This document shows positions 39,322 to 48,883 of a DNA stretch of 64,000 nt, piece after piece. A program made the translations under genes and the position numbers. The notes beneath the pieces were generated by a model. The model searched no databases. It was not told where the DNA came from and saw only the letters and a program-made list of their open reading frames with translations. The first letter of the stretch is position 1. Every line of letters starts with the position of its first letter. The stretch comes from a virus: positions 18,788 to 82,787 of the IMG/VR virus record IMGVR_UViG_3300047472_000237. The stretch is one strand, 5' to 3'.

Positions 39322-41040
39322 ATGTCACAACTACGATGGATCGTTGACGCCGAGAACTTGTCGGCACAGAACTGTTACGGCTCCAAGCTGGGAGTCCACC
39401 CGCTGGTCGGGCAGATGCTCGTGAACCGGGGCATCAACAACATCCCGGAGGCGTACAACTTCCTGAACCCGAACCTCAGAGATCTCCACGATCCGATGCT
39501 CATGCACGACATGCAGCGGGCCGTGCTCCGGATCCGCGAGGCGATCCTGAAGGGCGAGAAGATTGCCGTGTTCGGAGACTACGACGTCGACGGCGTGACG
39601 GCCAGCGCGACCATGTTCCACGCCCTGACGTACTTCGGCGTGTCGCCCCGCATGTACATCCCCCACCGGCTCAACGAAGGCTACGGCATCAGCCCGCAAG
39701 CCATCGAGACCCTGGCGGCCGAAGGCGTCAAGCTGATCATCAGCGTCGACTGCGGCGTCACGGCCGTGGAGCCGGCGGCGAAGGCACACGAGCTCGGCGT
39801 CGACCTGGTCGTGACCGACCACCACCAGTGGAAGGACGAGCTCCCGAAGTGCTACGCCATCGTCCACCCGCGCCTCGACAACAAGTACCCCAACCCAGAG
39901 CTCTGCGGAGCCGGCGTGGCCCACAAGGTCGCCTGGGCCTTGGGCAAGGCCATGGAGGGCTCAGAGCGGGTCGCTCCGGCGTACGGAGAGCTCCTACAAC
40001 AGCTGCTGGCGTTTACCGCCCTCGGCACCATCGCAGACGTCGTACCGCTCATCGGCGAGAACCGGGTCATCGCCCACCACGGCCTGAAGCGGCTCCCTGA
40101 GAGCGTGTTCAAGGGCCTGCGGGCGCTCATCGTGTCGGCCGGCCTCGACGGCGCGGACATCGACGGCTACCACGTCGGATTCTGTCTGGCGCCACGTCTC
40201 AACGCAGCTGGCCGCCTGGGCCATGCCCTGACCGCCCTGAAGATGCTGACCACCGACACGTGGGAGGAAGCACTCGAGACGGGCAAGTATCTCGAGCAGG
40301 AGAACAAGGCACGACAGGACACCGAGCGAGCAATCGTCAAGGAGGCGAAGGCCCAGGCGGAAGCAGAGTTCCCCGGCGCGACCGCGTTGGTGCTCACTGG
40401 CAAGGACTGGCACAGCGGCGTCGTCGGCATCGTGGCCAGTCGCGTCATCGACGAGCGGTACTGCCCGACCATCGTGCTGGTCGACAGCGGCGACGAACTC
40501 CACGGCTCTTGCCGCAGCATCGAGGGGTTCAACCTGTACGACGCCCTGAAGGCATGCGAGCACCACCTCATCCGCTGGGGCGGTCACGCCATGGCGGCCG
40601 GCATCAAGCTGAAGGCAGAGAACCTCGACGCCTTCCGCAGCGAGCTCCAGGCGTACGTGACCGAGCACTGCCCGCCTGAGCTCCTCCAGCGGCGGCTCCT
40701 CATCGACGCGTGGGCGACCATCGACCAGCTGACCGAGAAGCTGATCGACGACATGAACAAGCTGGGGCCGTTCGGCCAGGCCAACCGCAAGGTCATGCTG
40801 GCACTGAAGGACGCGGTCATCGTCGAGTCCCGCGCGATCGGCAAGGAGGGCAAGCACCTCAGCCTGATGATCTCGCAGAAGGGTCGCAAGATCAAGGCCA
40901 TTGCCTTCGGCCGGGGCGACGACGCACATCTGGTCCCCACGGACACGCGAGTCGACATTGCGGCCGAGCCGACTATCAACGAGTGGCGCGGCCGTCGTAA
41001 CGTGGAATTATTGGTTCGAGACATCGTAGTGAGGGGATAA
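39322..41040 (+). CDS. recJ: Single-stranded DNA exonuclease RecJ
   Basis: GDYDVDG, EGYG, VDCG, TDHH, LGTIADVVPL, PRLNAAGR, GSCRS, GGHAMAAG. Confidence 0.95.
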   Translation: MSQLRWIVDAENLSAQNCYGSKLGVHPLVGQMLVNRGINNIPEAYNFLNPNLRDLHDPMLMHDMQRAVLRIREAILKGEKIAVFGDYDVDGVTASATMFHALTYFGVSPRMYIPHRLNEGYGISPQAIETLAAEGVKLIISVDCGVTAVEPAAKAHELGVDLVVTDHHQWKDELPKCYAIVHPRLDNKYPNPELCGAGVAHKVAWALGKAMEGSERVAPAYGELLQQLLAFTALGTIADVVPLIGENRVIAHHGLKRLPESVFKGLRALIVSAGLDGADIDGYHVGFCLAPRLNAAGRLGHALTALKMLTTDTWEEALETGKYLEQENKARQDTERAIVKEAKAQAEAEFPGATALVLTGKDWHSGVVGIVASRVIDERYCPTIVLVDSGDELHGSCRSIEGFNLYDALKACEHHLIRWGGHAMAAGIKLKAENLDAFRSELQAYVTEHCPPELLQRRLLIDAWATIDQLTEKLIDDMNKLGPFGQANRKVMLALKDAVIVESRAIGKEGKHLSLMISQKGRKIKAIAFGRGDDAHLVPTDTRVDIAAEPTINEWRGRRNVELLVRDIVVRG

Positions 41041-41043
41041 CTG

Positions 41044-41889
41044 TTGCCTAACGAAGTGAAGTCGGAGAGACTTCAACGTATGGCCGCTGAACCCCGCACC
41101 AAGTTGAAGTTCGTCGATGCTCCCGAGTTCAAGGTGCGGAAGCACCGCAAGGAGCTCGACGACATGGCCTTACCTGCCATCCCGCCGGCGTTGCACTACG
41201 AACCCGGCCAGGGACGTTCTTCCTCCGCTGTCACGTACGTCATGACGCGAGAGGAAGAGCGGGGCCGGTTCCTCCAGCTGAACTGGCTCAAGCGGCAGCA
41301 CAACACCGCCATCAAGGACGAGGAGAAGGCCGCCCACTTCGTCAAGCAGATCACGCACCTGGTCGAGTACCTGGTCCGCACGAATCTGCCGCTTGTCTAC
41401 AGCCAGGTCGCCCGCAACCTCGCTCGATACCAGAAGCTCGACTGGAACGAATCGGTCAGCGAGGCTCAGCTGTCGCTCATCCGCGCGGTCAACGGGTACA
41501 ACTGCCAGTTCGGCATCAAGTTCAGCACTTATGCTTGCCGCATCATCCTCAACGCGTTAAACTCCGCCAACCAGAAGGCGGCGAAGCGGCAGTCCCGAGT
41601 GCACGACGCCTTGGTTCCTGAACACTACGGCGAGTCCGAAGACATCGCTCAGGAAGTGAACCAAGACGTGGAGCTCATCGACGCGATGAACCACGTCCTG
41701 TCCGAGAACGCGGCCGACCTCTCCGACGTGGAGAAGACGGTCGTGCAACGTCGGTACGGCTTGGGCGACCAGGAAGCTCAGACGCTCGAGGAGATCGGCA
41801 ACGACATCGGCGTCAGCAAGGAACGCGTCCGCCAGATCCAGAACAAGGCGCTCGGGAAGCTCAAGAAAGCGATGACGGTGTACGCATGA
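41044..41889 (+). CDS. Sigma-70-family RNA polymerase sigma factor
   Basis: Region 2 LVRTNLPLV..KFSTYA; region 4 RYGL..TLEEIGNDIGVSKERVRQIQNKALGKL. Confidence 0.9.
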   Translation: MPNEVKSERLQRMAAEPRTKLKFVDAPEFKVRKHRKELDDMALPAIPPALHYEPGQGRSSSAVTYVMTREEERGRFLQLNWLKRQHNTAIKDEEKAAHFVKQITHLVEYLVRTNLPLVYSQVARNLARYQKLDWNESVSEAQLSLIRAVNGYNCQFGIKFSTYACRIILNALNSANQKAAKRQSRVHDALVPEHYGESEDIAQEVNQDVELIDAMNHVLSENAADLSDVEKTVVQRRYGLGDQEAQTLEEIGNDIGVSKERVRQIQNKALGKLKKAMTVYA

Positions 41890-42185
41890 CCAAGCAGCAG
41901 GTTGAAGACGCGTTGGCGGCCAACGGCACGTGCGGCTTCGAGATCGTCGAACACGTCGATCTCGAGAAGAAGGCACAGATGAAGGCCACCCGCCCCGACC
42001 TGTGCTTGGAGCTCTTGACGCGAGACCGGATGATGAGGTTCATCTCCCACGCGCTCCCTGCCGAGGACATGACGTTCACCCTGAAGTGGTCCACCCTGCT
42101 CATCGACCGCAAGCGCCAGACGGTCACAGACGAGAGATATGCGATCGAGAAGGTCATTCGCCTTGCGGTCGACATCCGTCTGTAG
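41886..42185 (+). CDS. Hypothetical protein
   Basis: 99-aa ORF starting within the 3' end of the sigma gene; phage codon usage. Confidence 0.5.
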   Translation: MTKQQVEDALAANGTCGFEIVEHVDLEKKAQMKATRPDLCLELLTRDRMMRFISHALPAEDMTFTLKWSTLLIDRKRQTVTDERYAIEKVIRLAVDIRL

Positions 42186-42199
42186 CACAATCGGGCCAT

Positions 42200-42721
42200 A
42201 TGGTAAAGGCCAAACGCAACGAGCTCGGATACACCCTGTCCTACGGTGGCAAGTCGGCTGAGGCGGTACGCCGGCCCGACCTCTACTTCGACCTGGAGCT
42301 CGACGGGGTCAAGCACAAGGGGTATCTCAAAGGTCTGAAGGACATCTTCTTCGCCTGGGCAGAGGGCAACCCGGTTCAGGCCCAGGGCAAACCTGCGAAG
42401 GCTGGCGTCCGCGAAGTCGAGGAAGAGCCGGCCGGGCGCGGCGGTGGCGGGCGTCGTCCCGAACCGAAGGATCTGGACGCCACCGAGCTCGCTCAGTTCC
42501 GCATCCACGCAGCCGAAACGACACACGAGGCCGTGGCCGCGTACGTCGCCGCCTACAACCTCGAGACCGTCGCCGTCTCGATGGGCAAGAAACCACGACA
42601 TCAGTTCGAGCTCCCCCACACTCCGAAGATCGACCCGCCGCTGAAGGCGTGCTATGACCCGGTGCGAGACCAGTACACCTGGCCGAACCTGCACAACCCG
42701 GAGCCAAAGTCCGACGAATGA
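42200..42721 (+). CDS. Hypothetical protein
   Basis: ORF from MVKAKRN; phage codon usage. Confidence 0.5.
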   Translation: MVKAKRNELGYTLSYGGKSAEAVRRPDLYFDLELDGVKHKGYLKGLKDIFFAWAEGNPVQAQGKPAKAGVREVEEEPAGRGGGGRRPEPKDLDATELAQFRIHAAETTHEAVAAYVAAYNLETVAVSMGKKPRHQFELPHTPKIDPPLKACYDPVRDQYTWPNLHNPEPKSDE

Positions 42722-42781
42722 GCTTGCCTTCGCTTCACCCCGCTGGGACAATGACTCGCGTACCTCAACCGAAGGGCCGCG

Positions 42782-43234
42782 ATGACGATACGACTCGAGA
42801 ATCCAGCTGACGAGATCCGCAAGGTGCTGAACGACCGCGACCGTCGTGGTCTCGACGAGTACCTGGTTCAGCTGCGTCCGTACATCGAGCTCAACAACCC
42901 GAACACGTCGGACATCGCCCTGATGTGCATCAAGGCCCTCAAGGTGCAGGTGTCGTGCTCCCAGATCACGAACCGCGTCGGCCCCAAGGGCAAGCTGTAC
43001 GTCCACATCTGGCCGGGTACGGCGACGGCGCTCAAGGGCCGCGCGGCTGACCGGCTCCTGTCGAACCAGCTGCTCGAGCTCATGGCCGGTCTGTATCACC
43101 ACGTCGAGCTCATGACGCAGCGGATGCAGCTGGCCGGCCTGACCGTTCCCACCCTGACCGGGTCGGCGGCGATGAAGAACATTGTCGCTCAGTTCCAGAA
43201 CGTGGAAGTCGACGACGCCGAAGACGCTGACTGA
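42782..43234 (+). CDS. Hypothetical protein
   Basis: 150-aa ORF with promoter TTGCCT-17-GACAAT at 42724-42752. Confidence 0.55.
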   Translation: MTIRLENPADEIRKVLNDRDRRGLDEYLVQLRPYIELNNPNTSDIALMCIKALKVQVSCSQITNRVGPKGKLYVHIWPGTATALKGRAADRLLSNQLLELMAGLYHHVELMTQRMQLAGLTVPTLTGSAAMKNIVAQFQNVEVDDAEDAD

Positions 43235-43302
43235 TTCGTGTTGGCCTCCGTTGAACGAGACTGTAGAATTGCCGTCTCAGTTCAACCCCATTTGGAGGCC
43301 GT

Positions 43303-44040
43303 ATGCGTATCGCCCGATCGTTCCTTTGCTCCTTCCTCGTGCTCACGCTCGTGGGCCTTCTCACTTTGCCGTCCGGTGGCTGTAAGGGCCACATCGAGAA
43401 CGCGAAGTCCATCAACGCCCAGGTCAAGCTCAAGACCGCCGAGATCGGGAAGGCTGCGGCCGTGGCGACCGCCCACGTTGTCGCCGCAGACGTAGCGGTC
43501 AAGCGGGCCGACGTAGCCGTCCGCGCGGCGGCCACGCAGCCCTCCAACCCGCCGGAGACCGTACGCCTCCTGAGCGAGGCGACGGACGACCACAAGGTGG
43601 CCCTGGCGGAGCTACCGAAGGCCGTCGTCGAGCTCAAGAAGGTCGCCCCGGCGACCCAGGCGGTGGCCGTCCTCTCCGACAAGGCAGAGGCCGTAACGGT
43701 CAAGGCCGTCGAGCAGCGTGACGCCGAGCGCGACCATTGGGTCGGATACAAGACGCGACAAGCGTTGCTGAAGGGGGTGATCGGCTTCGGCGGCATTGCA
43801 CTCGTCCTGGGCGTGATCACGTTTATCGTCAAGACGAACGGGGCCACGCCCATCCTTATGGCCCTCCGGCAGGTCGGCGGAATTATTGTTCAATTGGCCT
43901 TGCGTTTCCTTCGCTGGTTGGGCAGAATCACCTTCACGTTGGTGACGTTGGGAGCGAATAAGCTGGCCGACATTACCAACGAGAAGTACGAACAGCATGA
44001 ACAGGCGAAGGCGGCCGACGCCACGCAGAGCTCCGCGTGA
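43303..44040 (+). CDS. Putative lipoprotein with C-terminal TM segments (spanin-like topology)
   Basis: Signal peptide ending ..LPSGGC, Ala-rich helical core, hydrophobic C-terminal helices; GGAGG RBS. Confidence 0.5.
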   Translation: MRIARSFLCSFLVLTLVGLLTLPSGGCKGHIENAKSINAQVKLKTAEIGKAAAVATAHVVAADVAVKRADVAVRAAATQPSNPPETVRLLSEATDDHKVALAELPKAVVELKKVAPATQAVAVLSDKAEAVTVKAVEQRDAERDHWVGYKTRQALLKGVIGFGGIALVLGVITFIVKTNGATPILMALRQVGGIIVQLALRFLRWLGRITFTLVTLGANKLADITNEKYEQHEQAKAADATQSSA

Positions 44041-44058
44041 AGTGAGCTCCACTCAAGC

Positions 44059-44098
44059 CGACGTCAGGCGGAGTGCCCACTCCGCCTGACGTCGTTTT
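44059..44098 (+). terminator. Intrinsic terminator
   Basis: CGACGTCAGGCGGAGT-GCCC-ACTCCGCCTGACGTCG-TTTT. Confidence 0.8.
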
Positions 44099-44110
44099 GG
44101 AGTCAGCTCA

Positions 44111-44848
44111 ATGGCCGTGAAGATCTCAATCATCAACCACTCCCACAAGGGATACGCGGACACCATCCCCGGCGTCCCATCCCTCGTCGACCTCGCCTTC
44201 GCTGATCCCCCGTACAACTTCGGCGTCAAGTACGCCGACGATCCGACCAAGGATCGCATGACGCCCGCCGCCTACGAAGACTTCTGTAGCGGCATCATCT
44301 ACACGATGTCGCAGAACCTGAAGCCGGGCGGCACCGCCTGGTGGCTGTGCCCGTCGGCGCACATGGACTTCATCCCGGCGCTGATGACCAAGCACGTCGG
44401 CCCGCTCATCTATCGGATCATCAAGACCGAGACGTTCGCCCAGTACCAGCAGGCGAACTTGACCGACGACTACCGGATGTTGTTCGTGGCCCAGAAGCCT
44501 GGCGGCCCGCTGACCCTGAACCCGGACGCGATCCGCATCCCGTCCAAGCGGCAGGAGCTCTACAAGGACAAGCGTGCTGACCCGCGCGGTCGCGTCCCCG
44601 GCCAGACTTGGGAGATCCGCCGCCTCCAGGGCACCAGCACCGACCACGTCGACTGGCACAAGGCTCAGCTTCCGCCCGAACTACTCTCACGCATCGCCCT
44701 CGGTTGGACAAACCCCGGCGACACAATCCTCGATATGTTTGCAGGCTCCGGCAACTTCGCACTCGTGTGCAAGGCCCTCGGCCGCAACTTCTACGGCGTC
44801 GATCAATCCCCCACGTACGTCGGCAAGATGAAGGAACGGATAGCGTAA
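44111..44848 (+). CDS. N6-adenine/N4-cytosine DNA methyltransferase (beta class)
   Basis: ADPPYN near N-terminus, LDMFAGSG near C-terminus. Confidence 0.88.
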   Translation: MAVKISIINHSHKGYADTIPGVPSLVDLAFADPPYNFGVKYADDPTKDRMTPAAYEDFCSGIIYTMSQNLKPGGTAWWLCPSAHMDFIPALMTKHVGPLIYRIIKTETFAQYQQANLTDDYRMLFVAQKPGGPLTLNPDAIRIPSKRQELYKDKRADPRGRVPGQTWEIRRLQGTSTDHVDWHKAQLPPELLSRIALGWTNPGDTILDMFAGSGNFALVCKALGRNFYGVDQSPTYVGKMKERIA

Positions 44849-45432
44849 TGTCGAACACCATCAAACTGAACACGTCGCATCGTGATGCCATCCAGCGGAA
44901 GCTCATCGAGAACAAGTTCAGCCCGCGCGAGAAGCAGCTGGTCCTGGACAACGAGAAGCTGGCCCTGGACGTCTACCACGCCACCTTCTCGCCCTCAGAG
45001 CGGAAGAAGATGGACGAGCTCCCGGTCGGCTGGCTCCGCCGCGTGCACACCATCCGTGCCCGCCTGGGCGGCGTCGACTTCGGCTACAAGCTGGCCGGCA
45101 AGAAGAGCGTACCGATGCCAGCTGAGAAGTGCGACACGTACAACGAGCAGAGCACCTTCCTGCTCGCCGTCAGCGACGGCCCACTTGCGGTCGAGGCCCG
45201 CCGGCTCGAGCGGGAGACGGAAGCGATCAAGACCGAGAAGGAGAAGCTGCGGAGCGAGATCCGCTCCGTGCTCTTCAACGCGACGACCGCCAACCGCCTG
45301 ATCACCCTCTGGCCGGAGATCAAGCCGGTGGTCGACGCAGTGCTGTCGGTGTACGTCGTGCAGCAGAACCTCCCGGCACCGCGCGTCGAAGACCTCAACA
45401 AGGCCCTGGGCCTGAAATCTGTCGCAGCCTGA
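44848..45432 (+). CDS. Nmad5-like nucleotide-modification-associated protein
   Basis: IKLNTSHRDAI..TTANRLITLWPEI..NLPA..LNKALGL. Confidence 0.7.
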   Translation: MSNTIKLNTSHRDAIQRKLIENKFSPREKQLVLDNEKLALDVYHATFSPSERKKMDELPVGWLRRVHTIRARLGGVDFGYKLAGKKSVPMPAEKCDTYNEQSTFLLAVSDGPLAVEARRLERETEAIKTEKEKLRSEIRSVLFNATTANRLITLWPEIKPVVDAVLSVYVVQQNLPAPRVEDLNKALGLKSVAA

Positions 45433-45459
45433 GCCGCCCTGCGGCAGTAGAGTTCACCC

Positions 45460-45678
45460 ATGAAGACACCACCCAAGCCTGTTGACCACAAGGCGACGCT
45501 CGCCCTGGTCAAGCAGATTGACAACGACGGCACGCGGCTGACCAAGGGCCAGATCGACTTCATCGCCGGCATCATCGACGGCAAGCAGAAGGAGTTCTCG
45601 CCCAAGGAGGCCGCCCGCGTCCGGCGCATCTACGAACGAAAGGTAGTCAACGGGAAACCGGATGACTATGACGTCTGA
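45460..45678 (+). CDS. Hypothetical protein
   Basis: 72-aa ORF; TAGAGT -10-like box 6 nt upstream. Confidence 0.5.
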   Translation: MKTPPKPVDHKATLALVKQIDNDGTRLTKGQIDFIAGIIDGKQKEFSPKEAARVRRIYERKVVNGKPDDYDV

Positions 45679-45989
45679 TGGTCTACGTCGACACCATCCA
45701 GAACTATGGTGGCAGCGCCTCCTTCAAGTGGAAGGACAGCTGCCACATGTACGCCGACACCCTGGACGAGCTCCACGCCTTCGCCAAGAAGATTGGCCTC
45801 AAGCGTGCCTGGTTCCAGGACAAGCGGCTACCCCACTATGACTTGAACAAGGGCCGACACGCCGCCGCGATCAAAGCTGGAGCGATTCAGCACGACCTCC
45901 GACAGGCGTACGACTTCTGGACAGTCAAGGGGTGGACAAGGCGGAGCCAACCACAACCTGATTCTCAACCGGAAACACTGTTCCCATGA
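45678..45989 (+). CDS. DUF4031-family protein
   Basis: MVYVD..CHMYADTLDELHAFAKKIGLKRAWFQ..PHYDL..AIKAGA. Confidence 0.85.
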   Translation: MVYVDTIQNYGGSASFKWKDSCHMYADTLDELHAFAKKIGLKRAWFQDKRLPHYDLNKGRHAAAIKAGAIQHDLRQAYDFWTVKGWTRRSQPQPDSQPETLFP

Positions 45990-47005
45990 AGCACAAGAAG
46001 ACCCTGTTCATCGCGAAGAAACGTCACACCAGCGACGGCTACACGGGGGCCAGCTACGGCCTGATCAATTCCGCCCGCTTCGTGGCGGAGACCCTCGACC
46101 GCATCGGCATACGCTCGCCGGTTTGGGAAGTGGACGACGCGAACAGCATCGACCGCGCCGTGACCAAGCACGACCCGAAGTGGGTGTTCATCGAGGCCCT
46201 CTGGGCAACGCCCGAGAAGCTGCTCGAGATCATGTCCCTGCCCAGGCACAGCGAACGCACGTTCGTCGTCCGCGTGCACAGCAAGCTGCCGTTCCTCGCC
46301 AACGAGGGGATGGCCTTCGACTGGCTGTCGCGGTACAAGAGCACCAACCCCCGGCTGATCATCGCCCCGAACTCGCCGGAGTTCACCCGCGACCTGCTCG
46401 ACCTCGACTACAACGCGGTCTACCTGCCGAACATCTACGTGCCAGGCGACGCCACCGGCGCTGGCTGCACGATGAACGACGGCACCGCCATCGAGATCGG
46501 TTGCTTCGGAGCTCTGCGGCCGATGAAGAACCACCTGCTCCAGGCGGTGGCCGCAATGCGGTTCGGCGACCACGTCGACCAGAAGGTGCGGTTCCACATC
46601 AACGCGACTCGTCAGGAGCAGCAGGGAGACAACGTCCTGAAGAACCTCCGGGGCCTGTTCGCCGGCTCGAGGCACGAGCTCATCGAGCAGCCGTGGATGG
46701 ACCACCCGACGTTCCTCCGCCTCGTCCGCTCGATGGACCTGGCCCTCCAGGTGTCGCTGAGCGAGTCGTTCAACATCGTGGCGGCCGACTGCGTGGCGTG
46801 CGGCGTGCCCATCGTCGTCAGCCCTGACATCAGCTGGCTCCCGTCCAACTGCAAGGCGTCGCCGAACTCGACCGAGGAGATCGTCTACCGCCTGCGGAAG
46901 ATGTGGAGCTACAACCGCGTCGACATCGCTCACAAGCAGCACGACTATCTCCGCGCGTACAACATCAACGCCCTCCGAGAGTGGCGGAGTTTTCTTCGTG
47001 TTTGA
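45986..47005 (+). CDS. Glycosyltransferase (GT-B fold, GT4-like)
   Basis: FGALRPMKN, SLSESFNIVAADCVACGVPIVVS. Confidence 0.8.
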   Translation: MKHKKTLFIAKKRHTSDGYTGASYGLINSARFVAETLDRIGIRSPVWEVDDANSIDRAVTKHDPKWVFIEALWATPEKLLEIMSLPRHSERTFVVRVHSKLPFLANEGMAFDWLSRYKSTNPRLIIAPNSPEFTRDLLDLDYNAVYLPNIYVPGDATGAGCTMNDGTAIEIGCFGALRPMKNHLLQAVAAMRFGDHVDQKVRFHINATRQEQQGDNVLKNLRGLFAGSRHELIEQPWMDHPTFLRLVRSMDLALQVSLSESFNIVAADCVACGVPIVVSPDISWLPSNCKASPNSTEEIVYRLRKMWSYNRVDIAHKQHDYLRAYNINALREWRSFLRV

Positions 47006-47043
47006 TGTTGCTTCTGCTTCACCGACGAAGTAAACTGCCCACC

Positions 47044-47463
47044 ATGCAAGAGTACGTGAATGGCGTCGTCATTGACAAGGCTGGCCGGACGCTCCTCATC
47101 AGGAAGAACCGGCCGGCCTGGCAGAAGGGCAAGCTGAACGGCGTGGGCGGCCACGTCGAGGCCGGCGAGCTCCCGATCGACGCCATGGTCCGCGAGTTCC
47201 GCGAGGAGACCGGCCTGTCGCTCAGCGAGGACTGGACTCACCGCATCACTCTGCAAGGCCCCAACTTCAAGGTCCACTTCTTCATCTGCTATGACTCCTT
47301 CAAGGGGTGGCAGCAGACGACGGACGAGGAGCTCGTTGAGGTCGACATCCTGGATCTTCCTCTGGACATTATTCCGAACATGCGGTGGGTGATCCCATTG
47401 CTGATGGACAAGCACGTCGCGGCCCCGCTTATCCTGAACGACGTAACCGCGAACAAGGACTGA
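47044..47463 (+). CDS. Nudix hydrolase
   Basis: GGHVEAGELPIDAMVREFREETGL; promoter TTGCTT-17-TAAACT at 47008-47036. Confidence 0.9.
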   Translation: MQEYVNGVVIDKAGRTLLIRKNRPAWQKGKLNGVGGHVEAGELPIDAMVREFREETGLSLSEDWTHRITLQGPNFKVHFFICYDSFKGWQQTTDEELVEVDILDLPLDIIPNMRWVIPLLMDKHVAAPLILNDVTANKD

Positions 47464-47469
47464 ACGACA

Positions 47470-47949
47470 ATGTCGAACCAATTCGACCCGCACGCAGACG
47501 TTATCGCGATGCACCGCAAGTACGGCCTGGGCATCACGGCCCGCCCGCTCGCCCCGTCGGCCGAGTGCATCAAGCACCGCATCGACATGATCAACGAAGA
47601 GACGGACGAGCTCATCGAGGCAATCGAGTCCGGCGACCTCGTCAAGATCGCGCGGGAAGCCGTCGATGTCATCGCCGTCGTCCTGGGCACCATCATCGTC
47701 TACGGCCTGCCGTACCGAAACATCTGGCGTGCCGTCCACACCGCGAACATGAGGAAGGCTGTGGCCCAGGGCAACACCAAGGCGGCGAAGCCGATCAAGC
47801 CGCCTGGGTGGAAGTCACCCGACCAAGACATCAAGGTCGCCATCTACGGGAAGGGCCGCGTCGACCTGTTCGACGCTCAGGCCAAGGTCATCGCACAGGA
47901 GGGCGGGGAAGGCGAGACCGGCGGCGCGGCCAAGACAGGCGCAGAATGA
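47470..47949 (+). CDS. MazG-like / PRA-PH-like NTP pyrophosphohydrolase
   Basis: INEETDEL..AREAVD..VHTANMRK..KPPGWKSP. Confidence 0.75.
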   Translation: MSNQFDPHADVIAMHRKYGLGITARPLAPSAECIKHRIDMINEETDELIEAIESGDLVKIAREAVDVIAVVLGTIIVYGLPYRNIWRAVHTANMRKAVAQGNTKAAKPIKPPGWKSPDQDIKVAIYGKGRVDLFDAQAKVIAQEGGEGETGGAAKTGAE

Positions 47950-48029
47950 AATACTAGCGGGTCAGGTGAAGACCGGCTATAATTCTGCCGCCCGCTCCGA
48001 TGAGCGGGCGGCACTCTCATGAGGCGTTG

Positions 48030-48878
48030 ATGATTCCAGGTGTCACCATTTCAGGCGGCGGCTCTCCCGGCCGTCGTGGACCACAAGGCCCGTCCGGCGC
48101 ACCCGGCCGACAGGGTGACGATGGCACCAGCTTTCGCTGGCGTGGCCCCTGGCAGCGCGACGTCTTCTACACGCCGGGCGACGCTGTCAGCCACTTCGGC
48201 AACTCCTACATCTGCACGAAACAGAACGAAGATGTCAAACCCACGACGCGAAACTATTGGGACGTTCTTGCGAGTCAGGGCGCACTCGGCCCTCGTGGCC
48301 CTGGCGGTGGCGGTGGCGGTACGCCAGGGCCTACAGGCCCTGCCGGCCCGACTGGACCAGCGGGATCTCCCGGCACAGACGGCGTCCCTGGTCTGATCTG
48401 GCGTGAGGCCTGGAACTCCGGGACTGAATATGGACAAGACGACGCGGTCAGCCGCAACGGTCGCAGCTACATCGCCCTCGCCACAACGACCGGAGAAGAC
48501 CCGGAGCTCTTCCCGGCCAAGTGGGACTTGCTCGCCGACAAGGGTGCCGACGGTGCTGACGGTACTGACGGTGTCGATGGTGCTCCGGGTGCCGACGGCG
48601 CTGATGGCGTCGATGGTGCTGACGGTTCTCCTGGTGCCGCTGGTGCTCCGGGTATGGTCTGGAAGGGCGAATGGGACAGCGGTGCGACGTACGTGACGAC
48701 TGATGTCGTGCAGTACCTTGGCACCAGCTACATCGCTCTCAGCGGCAACACGAACGTCGAGCCGGGTACAGACGGCGGCGTCACGTGGGATGTCGTGGCG
48801 GCAGCGGGCAGCGGCGGCGGGGGCGGCGGTGGGTTCACCCATCCGCAGATCATGAGCAGGATTTCGATCGGAGTCTGA
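48030..48878 (+). CDS. Collagen-like protein with three small carbohydrate-binding-like repeats
   Basis: Gly-X-Y tracts alternating with WRGPW..Y..GDAVS..G.SYI..WD units. Confidence 0.75.
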   Translation: MIPGVTISGGGSPGRRGPQGPSGAPGRQGDDGTSFRWRGPWQRDVFYTPGDAVSHFGNSYICTKQNEDVKPTTRNYWDVLASQGALGPRGPGGGGGGTPGPTGPAGPTGPAGSPGTDGVPGLIWREAWNSGTEYGQDDAVSRNGRSYIALATTTGEDPELFPAKWDLLADKGADGADGTDGVDGAPGADGADGVDGADGSPGAAGAPGMVWKGEWDSGATYVTTDVVQYLGTSYIALSGNTNVEPGTDGGVTWDVVAAAGSGGGGGGGFTHPQIMSRISIGV

Positions 48879-48883
48879 CAACT

